From Escherichia phage vB_EcoM_LNA4: a DNA stretch of 64,000 nt. How positions within the stretch are numbered: the first letter of the stretch is position 1; every line of letters starts with the position of its first letter. The notes beneath the pieces are model-generated. The model searched no databases, had not been told where the DNA came from, and worked only from the letters and a program-made list of their open reading frames with translations. Position numbers and translations under genes: made by a program. Of the stretch, positions 28,655 through 38,024 are shown piece by piece. The stretch lies in sequence record MZ311864.1; one strand, given 5' to 3'.

Positions 28655-29164
28655 TTATTCTCCTTCTTTGTTTACAAGACCATCATCAAATGGAATACCG
28701 AAGTATTCACTATTCAGGTCATCGCAGAATTCTACCCATTTCTTCTGGGATTTAATACCGCTACCATCGTTGCCCCATTTCTTGTCACGCTGGATAGCGA
28801 CTTGCTGGACAATGCGGTTAGTCAAGGCGAACGCCATACGATTGCTCATACGACGAAGTGGGTTGCCACGATAATCACCAGCATTGTGCATATGCACCGC
28901 ATCTTCCAAGGAAAAGTGCATCGGAAGAGAGGTGATATCGTTGTTGAATGCACGGACGTAGCCGAAACGACCATCGGTGATGTTTGGGTACTCAGGCAAG
29001 CGACGAGGGACGTAACCAAAGGCAGACATCATCTCGTCAAGAGAGGCCATTTGGATGTGAACGGTGTCCATTGCCTTTTCTGCACGGAGACCGGACATTG
29101 AGTTCCAGTCTTCAATTTCCTTACGGAATTTTTTAGCCAACTCTAAACGAGAAAATGATGCCAT
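28655..29164 (-). CDS. hypothetical protein
   Basis: 169-aa ORF. Confidence 0.45.
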   Translation of the reverse strand: MASFSRLELAKKFRKEIEDWNSMSGLRAEKAMDTVHIQMASLDEMMSAFGYVPRRLPEYPNITDGRFGYVRAFNNDITSLPMHFSLEDAVHMHNAGDYRGNPLRRMSNRMAFALTNRIVQQVAIQRDKKWGNDGSGIKSQKKWVEFCDDLNSEYFGIPFDDGLVNKEGE

Positions 29165-29175
29165 GATTTTATCTC

Positions 29176-30486
29176 CTATTTGCCAGGGAAAGTTCTTTCG
29201 TAGAAGTCTACAATACGTTGGTCAACAATGATATCTTTTTCTTTGACCTTACGCAAGAGTCTTAAACCGTTTGCAGTCGTAGCACGGCTAAAGGCGACGT
29301 ATGCCATACCGGGTGCGAATGCTCCATACCCAAAGTCTACATTAAGGAGCGGCAATGTCAAGCCCTGTGCCTTATGAATTGTCACCGCCCATCCTAAACG
29401 GATAGGGAGTGCTCGATATTCACCAATGGTGATCTTCTCAAGCTCTTCGGTGATAGTCCCATCAGTATTACGGACCTTGATCGGGTTGTACTCAACGTTC
29501 TCCCACACATGCGGTTCAACATCAACAACTTTACCACACTCAAGGCGCACCTTAACACTCTCTTTTCCAAGCTCAATCACCTCACCGCGCGAGCCGTTAA
29601 CATACTCTGGCTCTTCAAACCCCTTCGGGTCGTTCACGGTGATCATTACCTTGGCACCCTCCTTCAGATATAACTCCTCCGGGACAGGTTTTTGGGTGAA
29701 ATCGCCAGTCTTTTTCGCAGAATAAAGCACAGGAAGTCCCGGAATTTCTTCAAAGCGCTTCTTGTTTACCTTATCCGCAGCAGCGTTGGTGGATGTGATC
29801 GTAATCGCATCTGGGATTGCCTGACCACCACGGTAACAGACACCGTTAAGTTCCCTCACAATATCAGGAATACGCTGTCCACGACGAAGACAGTTAAGCA
29901 ACCCTGAGAAACGCGTGCTGTTCTGGCGATAAACCTTCTCAAGAATAACCGGGTAAGGGTTAAGCTCTTGCCACGTATCGGAGAAGCAACACAATTCCGT
30001 TGGGTGGAACTGGAAGTACATTTCCTTTTCCGCCTCTGTGAGGACAGGTGGGTTCTGGAAGAAGTCCCCAAACATGCAAATCTGCAAACCACCGAAAGGT
30101 TTGTTTGGTTCTCTACGTGCAATACGGCACTTCATATCCATTTCCCAAAGCTTATCAGCACGAAACATACTGATCTCATCAATGATTATGATCTTTAATG
30201 CTTTGCTTTTCAAAAGTTTTTTTACTTTAGGCTTTAATTCTTCCGCTTCTTTCTTTGTCGCAACACCCATTGATAATCTAAACGCACGGTGAGCCGTCAT
30301 ACCATCAACGTTAATGGCAGCAGCCCCCGTAGGGGCTACAGTTAGAACGGAACCTGCGTAAAGAGATTGGATGGTCTTAATGGTGTAGCTTTTGCCACTA
30401 CCTCCGGGACCCGTAACGAATACGTTGTCACCGGACATGATAGCACCAAGGGCTGCTTCAACGCCCACGCCAAAATCAGACATCAA
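29176..30486 (-). CDS. Dda/RecD-like superfamily 1 helicase
   Basis: Walker A VTGPGGSGKS and APTGAAA motif. Confidence 0.7.
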   Translation of the reverse strand: MMSDFGVGVEAALGAIMSGDNVFVTGPGGSGKSYTIKTIQSLYAGSVLTVAPTGAAAINVDGMTAHRAFRLSMGVATKKEAEELKPKVKKLLKSKALKIIIIDEISMFRADKLWEMDMKCRIARREPNKPFGGLQICMFGDFFQNPPVLTEAEKEMYFQFHPTELCCFSDTWQELNPYPVILEKVYRQNSTRFSGLLNCLRRGQRIPDIVRELNGVCYRGGQAIPDAITITSTNAAADKVNKKRFEEIPGLPVLYSAKKTGDFTQKPVPEELYLKEGAKVMITVNDPKGFEEPEYVNGSRGEVIELGKESVKVRLECGKVVDVEPHVWENVEYNPIKVRNTDGTITEELEKITIGEYRALPIRLGWAVTIHKAQGLTLPLLNVDFGYGAFAPGMAYVAFSRATTANGLRLLRKVKEKDIIVDQRIVDFYERTFPGK

Positions 30487-31763
30487 TCCTCCTTAGTTTC
30501 TTCTTCCAGGTAGATTTGTTCCAAGATTTCACCTGCTGCACCAATTACCAGAATATCTGGTGCGCCCACTGGCTTGTCCACACCCGTCAACACCTCATAA
30601 CGACAGCAACGGCACTTCTGCTGGTTGTAGTCGTAAGGAACACTTACAACGTCAGCCGGGTTAACAGCTACCTCGATAAGGCTGTTACCAACAAAGCCGC
30701 CTGCGTATTCCAGAGAGGCAATGTGCAGACCTTGGCTACAGGAGACACTTGGATTATCTTCAACCATGTTTCGTGGCATAGAAATAATCTGGCCTTTGTA
30801 GTTTGGAACCTTCTTGGTGCGGGTATCGCGAGGACCATCAGCAGTGTTGGTGATCTTCTTGTACGCCTTAACGTCACCATTTTCAAGGATCTCAAGGTCG
30901 TTGTGCTGAATAAAATCATACAGCATCTTCACAGAGGCATAAGACGGGTTGTGCATCAGCTTCTGCATGAACTTCACATAACGCTCATCGAAAGTATCAT
31001 TGTTGATATCGTTGAGGATACGTTTTGCAAGAGTGGTCTCTTGCTTCTGCCCGTGCCAGTACAGAACACCATCCAATAGCTTCAGGTCTGGACCGAGATC
31101 AACGACCTTCTCTGCCTTCGCTTCCTTCCCTGCTTCGATCAGGGCGATAGCCCCATCAATGTCGCCCTCAATCAACAGCAGACCGACATCCGGGAAGATA
31201 TCGTTGTCACGGTTAATCGTGTGCTGAGTACCATCAGGCATAGAGATGCAGACGTTACCGGGAGTCATGATGACCACAGGGTCTTTCTTCTCGGTGACCT
31301 CTTCGTCGAAATATGTTTTCGGTGCAGACTCTTCAACAACCACACTCACAGGGACCTTGTAAGGCTCCGGCAATAGTGTGACCGTTGCTTCGATATGCAG
31401 GTCGGTTACTTCGAAAGTGACTTCCCAGCGTTTTCCCTGCTTACCAAGATCCTTAACAACACCGTAGTTTACCCCCCGGTCACCCTGGGCGTGGTCAATA
31501 ATCTTAGCATTCTTTTTGCCCTTTGCAAAGTCACGGGCCTCACCACGACTTCCGAAGAACATAGAAGACCGAGCAGGAACGGCTTCAGAGGTGAAGCTCA
31601 TGTCAACTTCTGGGGGCTTAGAAGCCCCTTGACTATCTTTTGGTACAACCATCCAACGGCCTTCTGCCAGCACCGCTGGTGATACACCACGGTCTACAAC
31701 CTTCATACCGTTGAGGGATGCGTACTCACGCGCCTTACTGCGGGATTCAAAAAGATTACTCAT
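30483..31763 (-). CDS. rIIB-like protein (putative)
   Basis: 426-aa ORF directly downstream of the GHKL ATPase gene with ATGA overlap; assignment by position. Confidence 0.3.
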   Translation of the reverse strand: MSNLFESRSKAREYASLNGMKVVDRGVSPAVLAEGRWMVVPKDSQGASKPPEVDMSFTSEAVPARSSMFFGSRGEARDFAKGKKNAKIIDHAQGDRGVNYGVVKDLGKQGKRWEVTFEVTDLHIEATVTLLPEPYKVPVSVVVEESAPKTYFDEEVTEKKDPVVIMTPGNVCISMPDGTQHTINRDNDIFPDVGLLLIEGDIDGAIALIEAGKEAKAEKVVDLGPDLKLLDGVLYWHGQKQETTLAKRILNDINNDTFDERYVKFMQKLMHNPSYASVKMLYDFIQHNDLEILENGDVKAYKKITNTADGPRDTRTKKVPNYKGQIISMPRNMVEDNPSVSCSQGLHIASLEYAGGFVGNSLIEVAVNPADVVSVPYDYNQQKCRCCRYEVLTGVDKPVGAPDILVIGAAGEILEQIYLEEETKED

Positions 31764-33754
31764 TTATTTTCTCCTTTGCTATCAATAAGTTGTCTATACT
31801 CAACCATCTCTGGTGAGTTAAAGTACTTCAGGTCAATGTATTTCAGAAGAGGATATTTTGCCTTTTTAGCAGCAAGCAAATTCTTCCCGATTCGCATACG
31901 TGCCTTGACGATGCGCTCCGCTTTTCTTTCAATATCATAGTAACCCATGATGTTAGAGAGGGCTGAAGACATATTGACCTTTTGTACATATTCAGGGTCT
32001 TCTTTCACTCCAATCCCAAAGACAGCAAGACAACTTACCATGTACCGATAATCAGTTGTCTTAGTAAATTGTTTGAGATGATACTCCATAAGATTTGTTT
32101 TAGCAAGCTCATAAAGGTCATCACGGTCAATGATTCGCGTTTCTTCTGGCAACCAACCTGAACGATTCAATGGAACGATGTACAGTTTTCCTGTTACACC
32201 AAGTTCTTTCAGGAAGGTTTCAGACTGTGTATAGCGATGAGTCAGCGAGGAAACAGACCCCAGTGGACAATCACCTTTCACCTGACCACCGCTGTAAATC
32301 ATAGCTGCGTCAATGTCATCAAACTGAGCACGAGAAATCCTTGTTTTGTGGACAGACCCATCTTGTTCAATAATCCAAACAGCGTGACCAGGCTCATACA
32401 GGCTGTAGCCACCATACTTTCTATCACCCTTCTCTACAGGCCGTTTTTCAAGCTCTGATAACTTAAAGACCATTCCCTCGAAGAAGGGATCTTTCAGAAT
32501 ATCTAAGGCTTCATAGCGTTCAGTAACAAATACACGCATATTTCTTTTTTCAGACAACCACTGACACTTAGACCGGATGCACCTATGATCATCATCATAA
32601 ACCAAAGGGTATCCGTTCATAAGCTCAGAATAGCCGTAATTTTGTTCTTTTAGCCGTTTGCTACCTTTTCCACCAAAGGTGATGCAGTCTTCTATTCTGA
32701 ATGTTCCAAAATGCTCTTTGAACTTGTCAGCGATGAAACCAGAACCAAATCGGTTAGAGAAATATCCGCCGACACGGTTCATATAATCCAAAACTTCTTT
32801 TAGGGTCGTGAATTGTTGAAGTTCTTTAACCACCTGTTCCCCACGCTTTTCAATTGCCTGGGTAACAAATCTCTCAAGGCGGTCACGAAATCCGCGATCA
32901 TTCTTACCTTCAATAGTCCATTCACGCCCAGGGTTTACGTCACAATCCCCAATAGGAATGGAAACCATCATCATAGGCCATTCTTTGTTAGTGGACAGGA
33001 AATTAGACAGATAAGGTTGTTGCCCCATAACCACAACGCTGTCGGAGTTTTTGGATACAGACCCATACATTTCCAGCAGCCAACCACTATCTTTATCTTC
33101 ATAACGGTACTGCACCGGGTAGGTACGGTCGTTAAGTTCAGACGTGACGAATGGGTCATTGATCTCAAACGGAAACTTAGCGTAACGCAGGCATTTTACA
33201 ATGGCCTGACGATATTTGTAAGTCTCAGAAGGATCGACGTTGAATTTGATTTCAACACCATTTTCTTCTTCTGTTTGTGATTCGTGCAGAGGAACAACCT
33301 CCGGGATACCCTCGTTTTTGTGGACAGAGTAAACAGTTTTAATTCCGTCCTTAATCGACGTGACCGTAAACATATCCGTCACAGTAAACGGGGCTTTAGA
33401 CCCGATACCTTTTGCGCCAATCAGATCGTTAGAATCACGCTTGGTGGAAGACCCCAACATCATAAAGGTCTGGGTGACCATATTGAAATCCATACCAAGC
33501 CCTGAATCACGCACAGAATACCACGGTTCGAGATCGGTTGGAGAGTGGATGACAATCGCTTTCTCACGGCACCCAGCCTCCGTGTGTGAGTCTACAGCGT
33601 TGAACAGCGGTTCACGCACCGCAGCCAGAACTTTATCATTGTAAATACCGTCGATCAGGATGCTGAAAGTCTCAGCATTGATTGCGATCCCTGCCTGATA
33701 GCGCTGTACGCTACCCGTTACCTGGACCTTCTCTTCGGCACGTTGGATTATCAT
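31760..33754 (-). CDS. rIIA-like GHKL-family ATPase
   Basis: GHKL motifs (LFNAVDSHTEAG, VRDSGLGMD, IGAKGIGSKAPF); no Toprim motif. Confidence 0.5.
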   Translation of the reverse strand: MIIQRAEEKVQVTGSVQRYQAGIAINAETFSILIDGIYNDKVLAAVREPLFNAVDSHTEAGCREKAIVIHSPTDLEPWYSVRDSGLGMDFNMVTQTFMMLGSSTKRDSNDLIGAKGIGSKAPFTVTDMFTVTSIKDGIKTVYSVHKNEGIPEVVPLHESQTEEENGVEIKFNVDPSETYKYRQAIVKCLRYAKFPFEINDPFVTSELNDRTYPVQYRYEDKDSGWLLEMYGSVSKNSDSVVVMGQQPYLSNFLSTNKEWPMMMVSIPIGDCDVNPGREWTIEGKNDRGFRDRLERFVTQAIEKRGEQVVKELQQFTTLKEVLDYMNRVGGYFSNRFGSGFIADKFKEHFGTFRIEDCITFGGKGSKRLKEQNYGYSELMNGYPLVYDDDHRCIRSKCQWLSEKRNMRVFVTERYEALDILKDPFFEGMVFKLSELEKRPVEKGDRKYGGYSLYEPGHAVWIIEQDGSVHKTRISRAQFDDIDAAMIYSGGQVKGDCPLGSVSSLTHRYTQSETFLKELGVTGKLYIVPLNRSGWLPEETRIIDRDDLYELAKTNLMEYHLKQFTKTTDYRYMVSCLAVFGIGVKEDPEYVQKVNMSSALSNIMGYYDIERKAERIVKARMRIGKNLLAAKKAKYPLLKYIDLKYFNSPEMVEYRQLIDSKGENK

Positions 33755-33765
33755 CCGTTTCTCCT

Positions 33766-33939
33766 CTATTTGCAGTTATTTATGGGGTTTCTTTTGCGAG
33801 CCTTCCGCACGATGTAGATACCTGCCAGCAGGCCAAGAGCGTAAGCTCCAGACACTTGCTCCCAGAACATCCATTGAGTTAAAGACAGTATCACAAGATA
33901 TGGGATAATGCAAACACAAAGTAGCAAAATACTCTTCAT
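33766..33939 (-). CDS. small membrane protein (holin-like candidate)
   Basis: 58 aa from internal ATG with GGGAG RBS; hydrophobic core then basic tail. Confidence 0.4.
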   Translation of the reverse strand: MKSILLLCVCIIPYLVILSLTQWMFWEQVSGAYALGLLAGIYIVRKARKRNPINNCK

Positions 33940-33943
33940 ACGT

Positions 33944-34474
33944 TCAGGCTCCCTGGGATTCAGGCTTTTCTTTGTAGAAAATGTGGTTATCAATCCTTAC
34001 AGTGCGAATCATAACTTTCGTCCAGTATGGCTTAACCTTCTTTGAGTGATAATACGTAGAACCCTTAGTGATGTCAAGGGCATCGTAAACAATTTTATTG
34101 GTCGTGTGGACTTTGATCAGAAATGAGGCGAACTCCTTTGCCTTTTCCCAGCGTTCCTTTTCATACACTTTGAAAGAAGAACTTCCGGATGTCCAGGAGA
34201 ATTGTCCAGACTGATAAACGATCTTCTTCACGGTGTGTGGGAACTTATCGTTGTCCTTGCGGTTCAGGGTAACAAAGGCGATAGACATCATCCCAGAGTC
34301 GCTCTCACCACGGGCTTCACGATACATATTACATGCCAAGATATTTACCGCTGAGTCATCTTTTTTGCAGAGATGAATCACCTTGGGCTTCTTTGCGTTG
34401 TCTTTAGCCAGTACAGGCGTGGTGGCTAGAGAAAAAGCACAGGCGGTTGCCAGAATAAGGTTCTTTACTTTCAA
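33944..34474 (-). CDS. SleB-like cell-wall hydrolase with signal peptide
   Basis: NMYREARGESDSG...AFVTLNR...VYQSGQFSW motifs; signal peptide; start placed at TTG after GGAG. Confidence 0.65.
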   Translation of the reverse strand: MKVKNLILATACAFSLATTPVLAKDNAKKPKVIHLCKKDDSAVNILACNMYREARGESDSGMMSIAFVTLNRKDNDKFPHTVKKIVYQSGQFSWTSGSSSFKVYEKERWEKAKEFASFLIKVHTTNKIVYDALDITKGSTYYHSKKVKPYWTKVMIRTVRIDNHIFYKEKPESQGA

Positions 34475-34488
34475 ATTACGCTCCAAAT

Positions 34489-34513
34489 TAAAAAGCCCCA
34501 GGGTAGGGGCTAT
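34489..34513 (-). terminator. rho-independent terminator
   Basis: AGCCCCtaccctGGGGCT hairpin then TTTTT on minus strand. Confidence 0.5.
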
Positions 34514-34516
34514 CAA

Positions 34517-34873
34517 TTAACGGCGGGAGATGTCGCCTGAGACAGTTTTTACATTGCCTTCTATTGTTTTTGCAAGTACATCTCCGGACACAGTGGTAAC
34601 GTCACCAAGTGCGCCGTTTTCGACATGAACATCACCAGAGGTGGTTTTGATATTACCAGCTACTGTGCCGTATACGTTGACATCGCCAGATACCGTGCTG
34701 ACCCCTTTAACGTCGCCGTTAATCACGACAGTGATGTTCTTTTCTTGTGTGGTGTGGATGATCTGTCCGTTAAGGATAATGTTATCCCCGTCAGACGTGA
34801 TATGAACATCCCCGGCCACAATACTACCATTGAGAATCTTGCCGTTAATGGTAATAACATTAGAGTTTACCAT
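34517..34873 (-). CDS. bactofilin-like beta-helical repeat protein
   Basis: Repeats of GDV.V.G.V.G....SGDV; start at ATG after AGGAG. Confidence 0.5.
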   Translation of the reverse strand: MVNSNVITINGKILNGSIVAGDVHITSDGDNIILNGQIIHTTQEKNITVVINGDVKGVSTVSGDVNVYGTVAGNIKTTSGDVHVENGALGDVTTVSGDVLAKTIEGNVKTVSGDISRR

Positions 34874-34901
34874 ATTTTCTCCTCTTAATAAATCCTTAAG
34901 C

Positions 34902-35081
34902 TTATCCACGCATCGGAACAATTGGCTCTAAATCCTCTTCTGGGTACAACCGCCAGCCCAGCATATCAAAAGAATAACACCAACCATCTTGCCATTGCAC
35001 ATCGGTGATTCTCATAACCCTGCCAGTGTGTTTGTCACGAACAAAGTGATTAACTTCGAACTTCGGTTGTGTCTGCTGCAT
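34902..35081 (-). CDS. hypothetical protein
   Basis: 59 aa from internal ATG with GAGGA RBS. Confidence 0.4.
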   Translation of the reverse strand: MQQTQPKFEVNHFVRDKHTGRVMRITDVQWQDGWCYSFDMLGWRLYPEEDLEPIVPMRG

Positions 35082-35235
35082 GAATGATCCTCGCTTTTTG
35101 AACTGAGAAGACAAACGTACCATGTTCCTCTACGTATTGTCTACCCATTTCTTCATCTTCGAAGATAAGAGTATCAACCTCAGACTTCACTGGCCTGTCC
35201 TTAACAGGCCGTGAGGTGCATACGATTAGCGCCAT
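35050..35235 (-). CDS. hypothetical protein
   Basis: 62 aa; ATG overlaps stop of RNA ligase gene (TAATG). Confidence 0.35.
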   Translation of the reverse strand: MALIVCTSRPVKDRPVKSEVDTLIFEDEEMGRQYVEEHGTFVFSVQKARIIHAADTTEVRS

Positions 35236-36281
35236 TACAGAGGACTCTCGTTCAGCTTCTGCATGTACCAACCACGAGATTTGTTGCTGATGAACTTCGC
35301 AACATCCTTCATGGTCAGGGAGTTAGCTTCCAGAACATCGCCTTCTTCCTTGTTGATGTCACGGCTAACCCAGGCAATGAACTCACCGATCTTAGATTGG
35401 TCGAGACCAACTTCACCAAGAGCCTGCTCAAGGCGGTTCTCAGTCACAGCGTACTCAACGAACTCACGCATGTTCTGGAGCCGTACCGGGTCAACCTCTG
35501 CCAGGGTTTTAACCTTGGATACAGAGTGCTTCTCACCCTTCACTTTGAACCACAGGCCGGAGTCTTTAGCCAGTTCTGGTTGCAGCGGGGACCAAACGAT
35601 ACCCTCACCTACACCCTCAACACCAAAGTGTTTACCAACCGGGCAGGATGCTTCCACCTGCATCGTCAGGGTTGTCAGATCGTTCTGTACCTGCTCAGGT
35701 TCATTGAACGGAATATTCACGGACCAGAAACCAAAGTCAAGAACACTGAAGATCCGCTCTTGTGGCAGGCCAATGCCGTACTGGAAGTTTGGTGGCATCC
35801 AGTTCAGGGCGTTGCCCTCTTCATTGCGACCAACAGCAACACGGAAGATCGTGAAGAAAGGTTCAACCTCACTTACAGCCACACCTTTCTGGATACCACG
35901 ACCAGCCCACTCACCAGCGATCTCAACCGGGAAGGAGAACGGTGTGCCGTTGCATTCGCATAGGTATTTAACCTGCTCCAGAAGTTCTTTGGTATCTTTA
36001 CGCACCATGAACGCAGCAAAGCCGTTGTTGTCGTCACCGACTTGGACGATACGTTCTTTGGACTGGAAAACAACCTCATCTTCAGAGTGGAAGACAATGC
36101 TGCCATTGGTCCCGTGGATCTTAACCGTACCAATGTACGGGATCAGGTACTGATCCGGCGCAACAACCTTACGCTTGATGTTACCATTCTCATCAATCCC
36201 GTCAAAGGTCAGACGATCATGGATTGCCTTAATCACTTGGCGGAACTGGTGAGTGCTTGGGTATTTAATAGGTTTAGTCAA
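35235..36281 (-). CDS. RNA ligase (Rnl2-like)
   Basis: Motif I VKIHGTNGS and GEWAGRGIQKGV match the T4 Rnl2 pattern; start set at TTG after AAGGAG. Confidence 0.7.
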   Translation of the reverse strand: MTKPIKYPSTHQFRQVIKAIHDRLTFDGIDENGNIKRKVVAPDQYLIPYIGTVKIHGTNGSIVFHSEDEVVFQSKERIVQVGDDNNGFAAFMVRKDTKELLEQVKYLCECNGTPFSFPVEIAGEWAGRGIQKGVAVSEVEPFFTIFRVAVGRNEEGNALNWMPPNFQYGIGLPQERIFSVLDFGFWSVNIPFNEPEQVQNDLTTLTMQVEASCPVGKHFGVEGVGEGIVWSPLQPELAKDSGLWFKVKGEKHSVSKVKTLAEVDPVRLQNMREFVEYAVTENRLEQALGEVGLDQSKIGEFIAWVSRDINKEEGDVLEANSLTMKDVAKFISNKSRGWYMQKLNESPL

Positions 36282-36663
36282 CTTTAGACTCCTTTTTAGG
36301 TGCAATCGCTTGTGTGATCAGGTTGTCGATGTCGTCAACCCACTCTGGGGTGCGTAGGAACAGCATCAGATTCATTGTCTGAAGCAAATACGCACTGTTT
36401 TGTGTGATCGCATAGATATCGTAACCATCTACCAGCAGTCGTTCAACTGTCGATGTACGGATGGGCTTATTATCAAAGCCACGGCCTTGATGATCACGAC
36501 CATCTAAAAAACCACAAATACAACGAGGCCAGACCTCTACGTGGGGACGGGCATTAACCACCACCCCAGCAAAGAGCTTACCACCGATGAATTTTGGTTC
36601 AGGAACAGTCTGTGCCAGACGAATTGGATCACCAACACCAACCTCAGATTTACTCATTGTCAT
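36274..36663 (-). CDS. hypothetical protein
   Basis: 129 aa from ATG after GAGGGG RBS. Confidence 0.45.
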   Translation of the reverse strand: MTMSKSEVGVGDPIRLAQTVPEPKFIGGKLFAGVVVNARPHVEVWPRCICGFLDGRDHQGRGFDNKPIRTSTVERLLVDGYDIYAITQNSAYLLQTMNLMLFLRTPEWVDDIDNLITQAIAPKKESKVD

Positions 36664-36922
36664 TACTTTTCCCCTCAAATATGTATCGTACAAGAAGTTC
36701 ACTAATCTGAACTATGACATAACGCGTTTGTTCATCGAACTTAACCTTCACCGGGCGATCCCCGTTATTCGGATCATAGACAGTCTTGGAGCAAAGATTC
36801 CATGCGTTCTTAGCCGCCCCGGTGGTGACCCACCCAATCTTTGTACCGTTCGAGTTCCAAAGCTTACCCTCTTGAGTATCGTATATGACGAATACTGAGT
36901 CAAGGTGTTTTTTAGACTTCAT
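36650..36922 (-). CDS. hypothetical protein (paralog of next gene)
   Basis: About 90 aa; shares pattern with 36912..37154 product. Confidence 0.4.
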   Translation of the reverse strand: MKSKKHLDSVFVIYDTQEGKLWNSNGTKIGWVTTGAAKNAWNLCSKTVYDPNNGDRPVKVKFDEQTRYVIVQISELLVRYIFEGKSNDNE

Positions 36923-37154
36923 GAGCAACAATTCCGTCTGGTGTGATCGCCACCCGGACAATCTTAAAGCGTGTTTGCTCACCGAACTTACAGCGAAGCG
37001 GATTCTTCGCACTGGAAGAAAATGCGGTCTTAGCAATCCCAGAGGATGAATATGCTACACGGTTCATACCAGAGAACCAGAAAGAGTTGCTTTCAGTATC
37101 AAGAATAGCAAATAGCTCTTTCTGTTGCTCTGCGGATTTATGCTTGTAGTACAT
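36912..37154 (-). CDS. hypothetical protein (paralog of previous gene)
   Basis: 80 aa; GGAGG RBS. Confidence 0.45.
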   Translation of the reverse strand: MYYKHKSAEQQKELFAILDTESNSFWFSGMNRVAYSSSGIAKTAFSSSAKNPLRCKFGEQTRFKIVRVAITPDGIVAHEV

Positions 37155-37354
37155 TATTCCTCCAGTTTCCAGCCGCGTTTATTAAGCCACTCGTCGATTT
37201 GAATCCCGTTGCCATCACCACTTGGCTTCTCAGCACCAAGCAATAACACAACAAAACTCTGTCCACGAGGGGCTGTATATGAGAACACTGTGTTCCCAAC
37301 ATGAAGATCGATCTTTTTGGTATGTGCAACCATACCGTCTTTTAGTTCAATCAT
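37154..37354 (-). CDS. hypothetical protein
   Basis: 66 aa from internal ATG overlapping upstream stop (ATGA). Confidence 0.4.
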   Translation of the reverse strand: MIELKDGMVAHTKKIDLHVGNTVFSYTAPRGQSFVVLLLGAEKPSGDGNGIQIDEWLNKRGWKLEE

Positions 37355-37536
37355 TTCCAGTTCCCATTGAAAAGCCGCAGCACCAAGAGGTTCATGAAGT
37401 ACAGGGGCCAAAGCAGGCCCATGAACACACCACCAAGAAGATCCATAGTGTCTAATCTCCAGAATTGCTGCGCTCTTTTCATGAAGATATAAAACCCTAC
37501 AAATGCGAACAGAAGATAGGTAATCCCAACCATCAC
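37351..37536 (-). CDS. small membrane protein
   Basis: 61 aa, two hydrophobic helices. Confidence 0.45.
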   Translation of the reverse strand: MMVGITYLLFAFVGFYIFMKRAQQFWRLDTMDLLGGVFMGLLWPLYFMNLLVLRLFNGNWK

Positions 37537-38024
37537 TTTTTCTCCGGAAGGATATAAACTGTTACATCACAATCCCAGAAAACAGATTTGATCATCGCTT
37601 CAATGACGTTCCAGTCACCACCTGCAAGACCAGCACCGATTTTCGGGAAGCCGATTTTGTAGTCAGCCATAGAGCCGTCTGTAAAGCTCTGTAAGGCCTT
37701 CTTCATCTGATCCAACGAATCATACAGGGCATTGTAATCGAGGTCACGTAGGCCCTGTTTACGGCGATTATAACCATATTGCGAATACAGATTAAATCCT
37801 GCGAGAGATCCGTCCTTCATGAAGGCCACAGTGAAGGTCCCAAGTTTGGCTTTATCACCTTTCTCGGTCTTCAGATCCGCAGCGTACATTTTAGGGAACG
37901 CTTCTTTGATCAGTGGAGCTATACCGCTACCCATTGTGCAATAACAATTGCAGCCATGCGCAAAAACATTAACCTCACCAGATTTCACAGCCTCAATTAG
38001 GTCGCCTACTTTATACTTAAGCAT
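37533..38024 (-). CDS. macro-domain protein (ADP-ribose binding/processing)
   Basis: 163 aa; AHGCNCYCTMGSGIA and GFPKIGAGLAGGDW resemble macro-domain Gly-rich loops. Confidence 0.6.
   Translation of the reverse strand: MLKYKVGDLIEAVKSGEVNVFAHGCNCYCTMGSGIAPLIKEAFPKMYAADLKTEKGDKAKLGTFTVAFMKDGSLAGFNLYSQYGYNRRKQGLRDLDYNALYDSLDQMKKALQSFTDGSMADYKIGFPKIGAGLAGGDWNVIEAMIKSVFWDCDVTVYILPEKK

Noticed and set aside
31760-33754. GHKL ATPase as a GyrB-like topoisomerase II subunit
   Set aside because: No Toprim (EGDSA / DxD) motif, and the downstream partner lacks a recognisable GyrA-type catalytic region; rIIA-like is the better fit.
35211-36153. Plus-strand ORFs 35211..35963 and 35263..36153 opposite the RNA ligase gene
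   Set aside because: Shadow ORFs of the ligase gene, which has clear catalytic motifs; no translation signals.
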